DNA from: a bacterium
GTDB taxonomy: Bacteria > UBA8248
Reading direction: 5' to 3'
Assembly: GCA_965261085.1 (NCBI GenBank)
Contig: OZ253442.1
Location: forward strand, 2,048,001 to 2,112,000
DNA length: 64,000 nt
Below are positions 47,072 through 56,971 of this stretch, piece by piece. Both the position numbers and the translations under genes were made by a program. Numbering within the stretch: the first letter of the stretch is position 1; each line of letters starts with the position of its first letter. The notes beneath the pieces were generated by a model that had not been told where the DNA came from, did not search any database, and saw nothing but the letters and a program-made list of their open reading frames with translations.

Positions 47072-48046
47072 ATGAAAGCCGTGCGTGTGCATCAATTCAA
47101 TATGGACGTTCCGATGCGGGTGGATGAGGTAGAAGACGCAAAACCACAGCCTGGCGAGGTGTTGATAAAAGCCAGTGCAGTCGGCGTCAACCCGGTGGAC
47201 TTGGCTATTCGGGCGGCCAAACACCCCTATGCCAAACTGGTTACGCCGCCTTATATCCCGGGAGCCGAGGCGGCGGGAGAAATTATCGCCTTGGGCGATG
47301 GCGTGGAGGGCTGGCGGATCGGGCAACGTGTATATGGCCGAGCCATGGGCGGAAGCTATGCCGAGAATGTGCGGCTCGTGGCGGATGCCACGGCGGAGTT
47401 GCCCGAGGCCTATTCTTTTGAAGAAGGTGCGTGTATCACGGTGGCGTTCTATACGGCCTGGAACGCGCTCGTCATCAAGGCGCAGGCGGGCCCCGGCGAG
47501 ACGGTGCTGATTCAAGGGGGTGCGGGAGGCGTCGGCATGGCGGCCATTCAACTCGCCAAGCGCCTGGGATGCCGGGTTTTCGCCACGGTGAGTTCTGATG
47601 AGAAGGCAAAATTCTGCAAGTCAATGGGCGCGGACGAGACGATCAACTACCGCGAGGAGGATTTCGCTGAGCGTTGTATGGAACTCACCGGTGGACGTGG
47701 CGTCGACATCGTCGTCGAGCTTTGCGCTTGCGATAATTTCGATAAAGATTTGGATGCCATCCGCGTGGACGGAAAAATCATCGTAATCGGCACGGGCACG
47801 GGCAAAGGCCCGGGGGCTGAATTTCGGGTTCCGGCCGTCATGACGAAAGACGCCGTGGTGCTGGGCCTGGCCGTTGTGAATCTGTTTCCGAAAATGCCGG
47901 AGCTGGTGCGCCGCTTCACGCCTTTGCTGCGTGAGGGAGCGTTCCGGGTCAACGTTGATAAGACGTCGAGTTTCGAGGATGCGAACGAAGCGCATGACTA
48001 TGTTCTGGAAGGTCAATTCTTGGGCAAAGTAGTCTTGGTTCCATAA
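47072..48046 (+). CDS. NADPH:quinone reductase (zeta-crystallin)
   Basis: GVNPVD, GGAGGVG and GKVVL motifs. Confidence 0.9.
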   Translation: MKAVRVHQFNMDVPMRVDEVEDAKPQPGEVLIKASAVGVNPVDLAIRAAKHPYAKLVTPPYIPGAEAAGEIIALGDGVEGWRIGQRVYGRAMGGSYAENVRLVADATAELPEAYSFEEGACITVAFYTAWNALVIKAQAGPGETVLIQGGAGGVGMAAIQLAKRLGCRVFATVSSDEKAKFCKSMGADETINYREEDFAERCMELTGGRGVDIVVELCACDNFDKDLDAIRVDGKIIVIGTGTGKGPGAEFRVPAVMTKDAVVLGLAVVNLFPKMPELVRRFTPLLREGAFRVNVDKTSSFEDANEAHDYVLEGQFLGKVVLVP

Positions 48047-48076
48047 AAACAGGCTGGGGCGCAAAAGGAGTGTGAG

Positions 48077-49051
48077 ATGAAAGCTGTACGAGTGACGCGG
48101 TTCGGCCTCGAGCATCCGATGGTCGTAGAAGATGTGGGAGAGCCGACGCCCGGGCCGGGTGAGATGCTGGTGCGTATAGCGGCCGCGGGGGTGAATCCTC
48201 TTGAAATTGCGATTCGCTCGGGAAATCATCCGCGCGCCAAGGCGATGACTCTCCCCTATACGTGTGGCACGGACGTCGCAGGCGAGGTGGAGGCGGTGGG
48301 CGAGGGCGTCGAGGCCTTTGCTCCGGGTGATCGAGTCTGGGGTCGTGCTTCCACGGGCGCATACGCCGAAAAAGGCTTGCTGCCCGCAGGCTCGACGGGA
48401 AAACTACCGGATTCGATGTCATTTTCGGACGGGGCCGCATTGCCCATCCCGCTGCTCACGGCTTGGAATGCCGTGGTTGTAAAAGGAGAAGCGGCCCCTG
48501 GCGATTGCGTGCTCGTACAAGGCGGAGCGGGTGGCGTGGGCTATCTGGCCATCCAGCTTGCCTGCACCATAGGTTGCCGGGTGTTTACGACGGTCAGTTC
48601 AAGGGAAAAGGCGGATTTTTGTCTTGCGGCAGGTGCCGAGGCGGCCATCAACTACAAAGAAGAAGACGTGCCAGAACGCGTGATGGAACTTACTTCCGGC
48701 AGGGGCGCCGACATCGTGGTTGAGACCGTAGGCTGCGATAATCTGCCTTCGGATCTCAGGCTCAACGCTATCAATGGCCGAATCGTCATCGTCGGCACGG
48801 GAACGGGCAAAGGCCCGGATGTGACGATTGCGCTGCCGGCGGCCATGGGCCGGGACGCCAGGATTCTGGCGCTCTCTTCCGGCAATTTGAGCCCTCTCGT
48901 CCCGGGTATTTTGAGGCGTCTGAACCCTTTGCTGGAGAGCGGAGCCATCAAGCCCCATATCGGAGGAAAACTCCCGATAGAGCAGGCAAATGAATCTCAC
49001 GATATTCTTCTGAGCGGAAAGTTTTTCGGGAAAGTGAACTTGGTGCCCTAA
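48077..49051 (+). CDS. NADPH:quinone reductase (zeta-crystallin), tandem paralog
   Basis: AAGVNPLE and GGAGGVG motifs; RBS AAGGAG. Confidence 0.9.
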   Translation: MKAVRVTRFGLEHPMVVEDVGEPTPGPGEMLVRIAAAGVNPLEIAIRSGNHPRAKAMTLPYTCGTDVAGEVEAVGEGVEAFAPGDRVWGRASTGAYAEKGLLPAGSTGKLPDSMSFSDGAALPIPLLTAWNAVVVKGEAAPGDCVLVQGGAGGVGYLAIQLACTIGCRVFTTVSSREKADFCLAAGAEAAINYKEEDVPERVMELTSGRGADIVVETVGCDNLPSDLRLNAINGRIVIVGTGTGKGPDVTIALPAAMGRDARILALSSGNLSPLVPGILRRLNPLLESGAIKPHIGGKLPIEQANESHDILLSGKFFGKVNLVP

Positions 49052-49087
49052 TAGGGAATAACCACATTTTAACGAGGTGATGGAGAG

Positions 49088-49777
49088 ATGCTCCTGCTCA
49101 ACGATCATGAAATCGACCTGTGTTTGTTCGATGCCTACGGCACGTTGTTCGACGTATCCGCTGCTGCGGCGGAAAAACAATCCGAGCTGGGCGATCAGTG
49201 GCAGGCGCTCTCCTCGCTTTGGCGGACCAAGCAGATTGAATACACGTGGCTGCGAAGCCTCATGGGCTGTCATGCGGATTTTTGGCAGGTTACGGGCGAT
49301 GCGCTCGATTTCGCTCTGGATACGCTGGGAATGGAGAAGCCGGGCCTTCGCGAAGAACTGATGATGCTCTACAAGCAATTGAGCGCGTACCCTGAAGTGA
49401 AAGGTGTGCTCAAAAAGCTGCAGGAAAATGGGGAGAGGGCCGCGATTCTCTCTAATGGTTCTCCCGAAATGCTGGATAGCGCGGTGAAAAACGCCGGAAT
49501 CGAGGAATATCTCGAAGAGATTTTATCCGTAGAGAGTGTCGGGATATTCAAGGTGCATCCATCGGTCTATCAACTGGCGGTGGATAGGCTCCGCGTTTCG
49601 GCCGATAGAATATGCTTTTTCTCATCAAACGCCTGGGACGTCGCGGGTGCTTCCTATTTCGGATATCACGTCGTCTGGGTCAATCGGTTTGCACATAAAA
49701 AAGAGCGCGTTCCGCACGAAATCGACGCGGAAATTACCTCGCTCGATGAGCTGGGGAGGGTATTGATTCAGACGTGA
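49088..49777 (+). CDS. Haloacid dehalogenase, type II (L-2-haloacid)
   Basis: FDAYGTLFDV, WRTKQIEYTW, LSNG and SSNAWD motifs. Confidence 0.9.
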   Translation: MLLLNDHEIDLCLFDAYGTLFDVSAAAAEKQSELGDQWQALSSLWRTKQIEYTWLRSLMGCHADFWQVTGDALDFALDTLGMEKPGLREELMMLYKQLSAYPEVKGVLKKLQENGERAAILSNGSPEMLDSAVKNAGIEEYLEEILSVESVGIFKVHPSVYQLAVDRLRVSADRICFFSSNAWDVAGASYFGYHVVWVNRFAHKKERVPHEIDAEITSLDELGRVLIQT

Positions 49778-49791
49778 AGCTCTTTTGTCGC

Positions 49792-50376
49792 CTATGATAC
49801 GCTCAGCGCCTTTCTGAGGGTTTGAATTCTACCCGCATGATTGGAATGGTTGACGGGCGGAAGTTTCTCCTTGTTCGTCACGGGCAACACAATGAAATGA
49901 GGGCCCGCCTCGGTGAGTATCCGGGGCAGGGCGTCCCGAAACGCCTCGAGAGAATTGATGCGCGCTACTTTGCCTTTTCCCGTTGCGCCGCCACCCTCGA
50001 ATCCTGCGGCATGCGCCAGTTCGACGAAATCGACTCGGGGGGGGAGTTCTTGCCCGCCCACCATCTCGTAGCTCCTGTTCTCGAGCAGGAAGACGATCAG
50101 GTTTTCAGGCGCATACCGAGCCAGAGTTACCAATGAGCCCAGGCTCATCAGCATGCCTCCATCGCCTTTCCAGACGATGGTTTTTCGCTCGGGCCGGGCG
50201 ATGGCGAGGCCTAGGCCGAAGTCGGCGGCGTGCCCCATGCCGAACGCAAGGAAATCGAAATCAAGGTCGCTTTCTGATACCAGCGGCCACTGCAGGGTGG
50301 CCGTCATGGTCATCACCACGATTTCATTCGTTCTTTGCTCCGCCACAGTCCGGAACAGGTCCATGCGCTCTATCAA
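49792..50376 (-). CDS. TPP-dependent decarboxylase beta subunit (ComE / phosphonopyruvate decarboxylase-like)
   Basis: GMGHA..GLG, GDGG.LMSLGSL and N.SYE..GGQ TPP-binding motif. Confidence 0.8.
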   Translation of the reverse strand: MIERMDLFRTVAEQRTNEIVVMTMTATLQWPLVSESDLDFDFLAFGMGHAADFGLGLAIARPERKTIVWKGDGGMLMSLGSLVTLARYAPENLIVFLLENRSYEMVGGQELPPRVDFVELAHAAGFEGGGATGKGKVARINSLEAFRDALPRILTEAGPHFIVLPVTNKEKLPPVNHSNHAGRIQTLRKALSVS

Positions 50377-50389
50377 GGTAACCCGCCTT

Positions 50390-50926
50390 TCAAGATTTGA
50401 ATGCGTAGCCGGTGATTACGGCCGCCGGATAAGAAGTTTCTGACGCCGTTTGGTCCATCAATTCGAGGGTTCCCAGATCATCGTCCGACATGAGTCGCCA
50501 GGTCGGGATTTTCCACGCACCGAGCAGCGGCTCCGTGAAGGTATAGGCCGAATCGAGCGGCAGCTTGCCGGCCATCGCTCCGCCGTATCCCCGCCAGCCG
50601 ACCATCATGCGCAAGGGCACTTTGGGTCCTGCGCCGCAGCCTCTCAGGGAATCTCCTGCCTCCATGAGGCCTGTGTTCTGGATCACGAGCAATGGTTTTT
50701 GTCCACCCGTCCAAAGCCCGGCTGCGATGGCGACCGATTCTCCCTCCCGGCAGGGAGTGAGCAGGTCGATTTTCGGGTCGTTTTCCAGGGCATCGTATAA
50801 ATGGCGGCTCTCGCTGTCCGGGATCATGAGAACGTGCGTGAATCCGAGTTCATGAAGTTTCGCAACTGTTTTATGCGCACTTGCGCCATTTTCGCTCAAG
50901 GATTTTCCTCTCGGTGAGAATTTCAT
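50390..50926 (-). CDS. TPP-dependent decarboxylase alpha subunit (ComD-like)
   Basis: IPDS, REGESVAIAAG and QNTGL motifs; the true start may be slightly downstream. Confidence 0.8.
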   Translation of the reverse strand: MKFSPRGKSLSENGASAHKTVAKLHELGFTHVLMIPDSESRHLYDALENDPKIDLLTPCREGESVAIAAGLWTGGQKPLLVIQNTGLMEAGDSLRGCGAGPKVPLRMMVGWRGYGGAMAGKLPLDSAYTFTEPLLGAWKIPTWRLMSDDDLGTLELMDQTASETSYPAAVITGYAFKS

Positions 50927-51081
50927 ATTCTTTCATATTGAGAGACCCATCTTCGGTGTCGCGCATCGCCGAAGTCAAGAGTTCCGGGTGAAATAATCTC
51001 TCGAATCGAAAATGCGGGGATATGATAACCTGCCCGAAGTGATATGCTCGGGCTTTTTCAAGGGTATAAGATTTCCCACGC

Positions 51082-52140
51082 ATGACTCGCAAAGAAAGAA
51101 AAGGAGTCGCGTTGAAACGACGACCCGTAATTGCCATGACCATGGGGGATCCGGCGGGGGTAGGGCCCGAGGTTTGCCTGAAAGCCGCTCTGGAGGCGAA
51201 GGTTCAAAGAAAGTGCATCCCTCTTATCGTGGGCGATATGGCCGTGCTCAGGAAACACGCCCGGCGGATGAAGATTCCGGCGCGGCTGACACGGGTGACG
51301 GACGAGAGCAAGCTCCCGCAATACCAGGGGACGGCCCTCACGCCAGTGATCGATCTAAAAAACGTCGCTCCCGAACACCGCGTATTTGGAAAAGTTCTCC
51401 CCGAACTGGGCGCGGCGGCGGGCCGGTACATCGAAAAAGCCGTCTCGATGGTGCAGGCAGGCTGGGCGGACGCCGTTGCGACTGCGCCGATCAACAAGGA
51501 ATCCTTACAAGCCGGGGGGTACGACTATCCCGGACATACCGAAATGCTCGCCGCTCTGTGCGGGGAAGGGCGGCCCGTCATGATGCTGGCGCACCGCAAG
51601 ATACGCATTGCGCATCTGTCCACCCATTGTCCGCTCAGTGTGGCCCTGCGGCGTGTCAAGCGAAAAAGAATCGTCTACGTGGCTCAAGTTCTGGACGACG
51701 CCCTGCGTCGGCTTGATCGCAAGCAACCCAGAATCGGCATCGCGGGCTTGAATCCCCATGCGGGCGAGGCCGGCTTGTTCGGAAGAGAGGAAATGGAGGA
51801 AATCGCGCCTGCGGTCTCAGATCTAAGAGAGATGGGCATTGATGCGCATGGGCCCGAGCCGCCGGACACGATTTTCGGCAAATTGCGCGGCGGCTATTAC
51901 GGCGGCGTCGTGGCCATGTATCACGATCAGGGCCACATTCCGGGAAAATTGATGTGTTTTCGCTTCGACTCCCAGGGGCAGGCGAGCGTGCGCGGCGTCA
52001 ACGTGACGCTGGGCCTTCCCATCATCAGAACCTCGGTGGAGCACGGGACGGGCTACCCCATCGCAGGGCAGGGCATTGCCGATCCCTCCAGCATGGTCGA
52101 TGCGCTTATTTTCGCCGCCAGAATGTCCGCAAGTAGCTGA
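51082..52140 (+). CDS. pdxA: 4-hydroxythreonine-4-phosphate dehydrogenase (PdxA family)
   Basis: TMGDPAGVGPE, TAPINKE, PGHTE, GLNPHAGE, MYHDQGHIP and NVTLGLPIIRTS motifs. Confidence 0.92.
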   Translation: MTRKERKGVALKRRPVIAMTMGDPAGVGPEVCLKAALEAKVQRKCIPLIVGDMAVLRKHARRMKIPARLTRVTDESKLPQYQGTALTPVIDLKNVAPEHRVFGKVLPELGAAAGRYIEKAVSMVQAGWADAVATAPINKESLQAGGYDYPGHTEMLAALCGEGRPVMMLAHRKIRIAHLSTHCPLSVALRRVKRKRIVYVAQVLDDALRRLDRKQPRIGIAGLNPHAGEAGLFGREEMEEIAPAVSDLREMGIDAHGPEPPDTIFGKLRGGYYGGVVAMYHDQGHIPGKLMCFRFDSQGQASVRGVNVTLGLPIIRTSVEHGTGYPIAGQGIADPSSMVDALIFAARMSASS

Positions 52141-52413
52141 TAATAAAAGAGATATCACTTTACATTCCATTCATTTATTTATCGAAAAACCCCGTGAATT
52201 TATCGATATTTTCATCAATTCGTTTTCCCGTTTCCAGAGGCGAGGCGCCGTTTTCTCTCGCCGGAGCGCAAGGGAGTTTCGCTGAACATAGTGCATGGAC
52301 CAGAGCGAGCCCGCACCGAAAATGCAGGAAAAAGCAGAGGGTCTCGCTATGCCTTTTACGGGGTGGGCGAGATGCAAAACCAGCATGTGGCAGTGCAGGT
52401 TTTCCCGTGGTGC

Positions 52414-54717
52414 TCATGAAATCCCGGAAACACCCTGCGCCGCTTTTTCCTCGATGTGTTTGAGGATGTCCGCAGCCACTTCGATCACTTCCGCCGGTGC
52501 GCGAACCGTCTCGCCGGAATATTGACGCAGAGCGACGATAAGGGGAGCGAGCGTGTCGGATTTCTCCTCGTCGCTCGTGAGAATTTCGACAAGCTCATGC
52601 GCCGATGCGCCGGCTGCGATCAGGTCCGGTACAACCCATAGCATCTCTTGCGTCATCTTTTCATTATCGAGTACAAACGCGTAATACGCGGAACGGAACG
52701 CTTCCATCGCGGCTTGGTGTTTTCCCTTTAATAGTAGCGCCATTGCTCGCGTGTGCATTACTCGCCACCTGAACTCGACTTCTTGTTCACCAGTTAAAAA
52801 TGTCCCGAGTCTTCGTTCGAGTTCAGCGCATGTGCTGAGGGCTGCATCCGCGTCACCGGTTTGAGTTTGTATCATGCTCTTGTTGATTAACGCCGTAGCG
52901 ATCCAGCATTGGATTTCCGGCTCGTCGCTGTCACTAAAACGTTTGACGACTTCTTCACAGGCCATAATAGCTGCTCTGAAATTGCCGAGTTCTTCTAGTG
53001 TATTTCCTTTACGAACTAACGCTATAGCGACAAGCCGCTGTATCTCCGCTATGTTGCTGTCGCCAAAGCGGGTAACTACATTTTCATATGCTGCAATGGC
53101 TTCTTCGAACTCGCCGAGCTTCCGGTGCGCATTTGCCTTCACATTCAATAGCACAGCGTCAAGTGGTTGTAGCAATCGAGACAAAAGTGCGCCATAGGGA
53201 GCCAAAGCGCGGTTTGCGGTAATAACAAGCTTCCCCAGTTCACTCTCGTTGAGCGCTGTAGTGATCCCTTGAAAGAGACTCCCCAAGCGATTTACGGTCT
53301 TAAGAACCTCTCCAAATTCCCCCTTATTGAACGTTACAGCAATCCTTTGCAAAAGGCGCATCCACTCGTCGCTTGTAATGCTCAATTGAGGAGACCGTGT
53401 ATCTTTTGGAATTCCTTGGCTCATACTGGAATACAGATTGTCCAACTCCGGAAGCCTGGCCGCTGCCCTGTCAAGACCCTCACGAATGGCCGATGATTCC
53501 TCCGCCTCCTGAATGAGCTTAGGGAACACTTCTGCTTGTTCTTTTTCGTTGTAGAACACCACCATGAAGCGGATCAGATTCTCCACGACGGCCGCCTCGT
53601 CGCGTTCGCGCCGCAGTTTGTAGTAGATGCTGTAGAGACGTTCTGCGGCAGCGTACAGGCGCTTCCTGCCGCTTCCTTCCACGATAATCGCGCCCCGCTC
53701 GACCAGCCGCCCGAGCATGGTCGATACGGTTCGAACGTCCATGCGCGCGCGCACCGCGATTTCGGCGGTGCTCGATGGCCGCCAAAGGTCGATCGCGGCG
53801 AGATAGACGCGGCGTTCAGTCTTGGCCAAGACTTCCAGATGGCTACGAAAATACTCGGTATGCTCGTCGATTAGCGTCACCAACTCTTCCATCAGTTGGC
53901 GCAGGGAGTGATGACGTGCGAACCCGGCGACGATGACGAGCAGGCGGGGGCTACCGCCAGTCAATATCTGGAGGGGTCTGATCTCGCGCCCGCTCACCGC
54001 GTCCCCGCTTACCACTTGCCACAGGCGGCGGCATTCTTTGTTGGAGAGAGGTTCCAGGCCGATGATTCGAAACAACTCGAAGAACGGTTGTTCTGCATCG
54101 TCCAGACTCTCGAAACGGCTGGTGGCGGAGGCGAGCAGCACGATCTGGGGTTCTGATTGCAACACCCCACGAAGCTTCCAGCCGAAATCCTTATCCACGC
54201 TCTCGCATAGGGATTGTAAATTCTCGACCATGAGTACGAGTTTTCGATCCAATCGGTCCGCCGCCGCGAGAACGGCGGCGCGGGCATGAGCCTCCAGCGA
54301 CTGCTCGCGCCAGCGGGTGGACAGGTCGGCGTGCGTTTCTCGCAGTTCCCGCGCGAGTTCGGGATCGTGGGCGGCGCTTTCTCTTGCGAGATGGAACAGC
54401 GTTTCGAGCCAGAAGTCGGCGATGTTGAAAATCTCCTGGCTCTCTTCCATGAAACGGACCGGCAACAGGCGTCCGGCGAGTTCGCCGTCGGTGCATATTT
54501 CCGCAGCGGCTCGGGCCAGAAGCATCGTTTTTCCCCGACCGCGAGGGGCGACGACCAGAACGTGTTGACACGAGGGCGACTCGATGTTCCCGCGCAGCAC
54601 CTCGAGCACGATGCCGAATTCATGTTTTCGGACAACGAACTGCTCTATTACCTCTTTGTCGGACTGGAATGTGCCCGGATTGAACTTGCGAATTTGCCTA
54701 TTGGATGTTTCGTTCAT
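52414..54717 (-). CDS. P-loop ATPase with winged helix and TPR repeats (STAND-like)
   Basis: Walker A variant APRGRGKT, LMVEN, TGGSPR, wHTH-like STAEIA..VSTMLGRL, and C-terminal TPRs (EEAIAAYENVVTRF). Confidence 0.85.
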   Translation of the reverse strand: MNETSNRQIRKFNPGTFQSDKEVIEQFVVRKHEFGIVLEVLRGNIESPSCQHVLVVAPRGRGKTMLLARAAAEICTDGELAGRLLPVRFMEESQEIFNIADFWLETLFHLARESAAHDPELARELRETHADLSTRWREQSLEAHARAAVLAAADRLDRKLVLMVENLQSLCESVDKDFGWKLRGVLQSEPQIVLLASATSRFESLDDAEQPFFELFRIIGLEPLSNKECRRLWQVVSGDAVSGREIRPLQILTGGSPRLLVIVAGFARHHSLRQLMEELVTLIDEHTEYFRSHLEVLAKTERRVYLAAIDLWRPSSTAEIAVRARMDVRTVSTMLGRLVERGAIIVEGSGRKRLYAAAERLYSIYYKLRRERDEAAVVENLIRFMVVFYNEKEQAEVFPKLIQEAEESSAIREGLDRAAARLPELDNLYSSMSQGIPKDTRSPQLSITSDEWMRLLQRIAVTFNKGEFGEVLKTVNRLGSLFQGITTALNESELGKLVITANRALAPYGALLSRLLQPLDAVLLNVKANAHRKLGEFEEAIAAYENVVTRFGDSNIAEIQRLVAIALVRKGNTLEELGNFRAAIMACEEVVKRFSDSDEPEIQCWIATALINKSMIQTQTGDADAALSTCAELERRLGTFLTGEQEVEFRWRVMHTRAMALLLKGKHQAAMEAFRSAYYAFVLDNEKMTQEMLWVVPDLIAAGASAHELVEILTSDEEKSDTLAPLIVALRQYSGETVRAPAEVIEVAADILKHIEEKAAQGVSGIS

Positions 54718-55957
54718 GGCGTCCGCTCCCTTGGCTTATCGTCGGGACGGCGGTTTTCGAGGGGAATGTGGTGGTCACGGAAACGCGCCGACCACCAGTC
54801 CTTCAGTAACTTTGATGGGAAACGATAGCTACCGTCATCGGCTTCGAGATAGCCGTCGTGGGCAAGAATTTCGAGAGCATCCGCGATACGCCCGGGCGCA
54901 TCTTCCACTAACGCTGAATACAACCGTTCGAGACAGCGTCACGCGGCTGGCGTGAACACCTCCTGAGTCGCCGCTTCGGCAAGAATTTCCATGGCGATGG
55001 AGTAGCTCTCGTCTTCGAGTCCTTCTTTTAGGCGTGTCTCGTAGTGCACGAGATCGTTCTGACCCGAGGGTCCTAAAAGCGCGGTGCGATAGAATCGTCG
55101 ACATCTTCCACAGTCACTCGGTCCCGCCCCTGCATTATGGCGAAATCCCGCAAGCGCGCAAAGAAGGACTGCACGTGGTGAGGTATGCCGACTCCCAAAT
55201 CTTCGTAGACTGCATCCGCCACACCGTCTTCGACGGATAATCCGTAACTCTTCGAGAGATACTCGAAACACTTGATGCTGGTGTCGCGGTTCCACGGACC
55301 CAGGCGAAAGGGGTATAGGTGGTTGATGCGATCGGGTAGGCCGAGTTGTTTCATAAGAGGTTCCAGCCCGATGCTGCCCGATAATATGAGGACAGGAGAG
55401 GCGTCGCCGAGAGCCTGAAGCACGCCACGCAGCCAACTCATGAACTCGTCCACCCGCCGCGCGTCGCCGTCTTGATGGAGCATCCTTTTAAGGAAGATCG
55501 GCAACTCGTCGATGACGAGGAGAATCGGCTTCTCATACTCCGCGCAATTGCGGAGCAATTGCTCCCCGTGACGCCGCCAGCTTCCGGCATCCAGCCCGGC
55601 GCGGATCTTCACGCGAAACTCGAGCGCGTTGATCTCCTCGATGTTGTCGGTAAACCAGCGCCCCGCCCAGACGGCAAAACGCGACGAGAGTGCGCGAACT
55701 GGGTGCGCGGCCTGGGCGATTTCGGCGATTACGTCCTCCGGACAAGTCGCGCCCTCGACGTCGGCGAAGAGGAATACCCAGCCTTTGGTTTCGAGCCGCC
55801 TACCGAGTTCTCGGGCAATACTGGTCTTTCCCATTCGTCGTTGCCCGGTCAACAACACATGGTTGCGCTCCCGAACCCGGGTTTCCAGTACACTTAACTC
55901 GGATTCGCGATCGAAAAAGTCGTCGCCGCTTACCCACCGGCCTGTAGATAATCTCAT
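54714..55957 (-). pseudogene. Disrupted P-loop ATPase partner gene
   Basis: FFDRE, GQRRMGKT, LVIDELP; frameshift near 55094 and in-frame TGA at 54939-41; the remainder ends in an ATGA overlap with the next gene. Confidence 0.8.
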
Positions 55958-55981
55958 GTGTTCTCCTATACCTATGCTCTT

Positions 55982-56044
55982 TTCAACAAATCTGTTGAAT
56001 TTAATCATACAACATAATTGTTGTCAACTGTTTTGTTGACAACA
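55982..56044. promoter_or_regulatory. Palindromic operator-like sites upstream of the ATPase pair
   Basis: TTCAACA-N4-TGTTGAA and TGTTGTCAAC-N6-GTTGACAACA. Confidence 0.45.
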
Positions 56045-56123
56045 GTATTGTTTTTACTCGGAATGCTCATTTCTGGGTGAATTCGTTATTTGTATCGTGA
56101 CTTTTTGATGCTCTAACCCGCAG

Positions 56124-56197
56124 GAAAGGTCGCGGCCTGTCCCTACTATCAGGATAACGAATTACCGCCCCACGGGACGAGGACGCACCCCCCGTAC
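56124..56197. repeat. Degenerate GTAG-type REPs, family B
   Basis: GGAAAGGTCGCGGCCTGTCCCTAC matches the copy at 19457-19480. Confidence 0.6.
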
Positions 56198-56215
56198 AGC
56201 GAAACCATACACCCC

Positions 56216-56971
56216 TCAAGAGCGGCAGATGGTGAGCAGGTGTACCGTTTCGGCGCCCGCTTTTTTGAGTTCCCGGGCGCAGGCCGAGGCGGTCGAGCCG
56301 GTCGTGACGACGTCGTCGACGAGGATGCACGTGGCCGCCTCGAGTTCCCGGCGCGCCTGGTTTGGGCGGACTCTGAAGACGCCCCGCATGTTGCGGCGTC
56401 GTTCCCTCCCGGATAAGCCCGTTTGTGAGCGGGTCTCCTTCGCGCGCTCGAGACAATCCGCGTGGGGCTTGCCCAAGTGTTCCGCCGTCCTGAGGGCGAG
56501 CAGCATCGCCTGATCGAAACCCCGGACTCGCCAACGGACGGGGTCGATGGGCACGTGCGTCAAAAGCACCTTTCGGGCGTCCTCACCCGCCCCGAATTCG
56601 TCCGTCGCGAGTTTGGCGAGATGGGGCGCGAACTCGCGCGCGAGTTTCGTGAAGCCCTGGAACTTGAAGAGGTGGACCGATTCCCGCAGCGAGTCCTCAT
56701 ACGCGCCGATGGCGCGGGCCATGTCGTAGTGATGCCCATTTTCCAGGCAATCCGAACAGACGTGGGCCGGGGAATGGGCGAGGGTGGTTAGGGAGTGAAA
56801 AGGATTCCCGCACCTGGGACACCAGGGCGGTTCGAAACGCTCGAAGGCATCCGTGCAGGGCGCGCATATCGCATGGGGGTCGCCGATTTGCATGGAAGAT
56901 GAACACAAAAGGCACTTCGGGGGGATGAGGAAATCCGTCGCTGCGCCGATGAGCCTGCGGAGATAACCCAT
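56216..56971 (-). CDS. comF: ComF family protein (double zinc ribbon + phosphoribosyltransferase)
   Basis: CxxC motifs, RGFDQA, QTGLS..ERRRN and LVDDVVTTGST. Confidence 0.88.
   Translation of the reverse strand: MGYLRRLIGAATDFLIPPKCLLCSSSMQIGDPHAICAPCTDAFERFEPPWCPRCGNPFHSLTTLAHSPAHVCSDCLENGHHYDMARAIGAYEDSLRESVHLFKFQGFTKLAREFAPHLAKLATDEFGAGEDARKVLLTHVPIDPVRWRVRGFDQAMLLALRTAEHLGKPHADCLERAKETRSQTGLSGRERRRNMRGVFRVRPNQARRELEAATCILVDDVVTTGSTASACARELKKAGAETVHLLTICRS

Noticed and set aside
54939-54941. In-frame TGA read as selenocysteine, given yqeBC nearby
   Set aside because: The same gene also has a frameshift, the context is not a redox motif, and a CGA-to-TGA mutation is the simpler explanation
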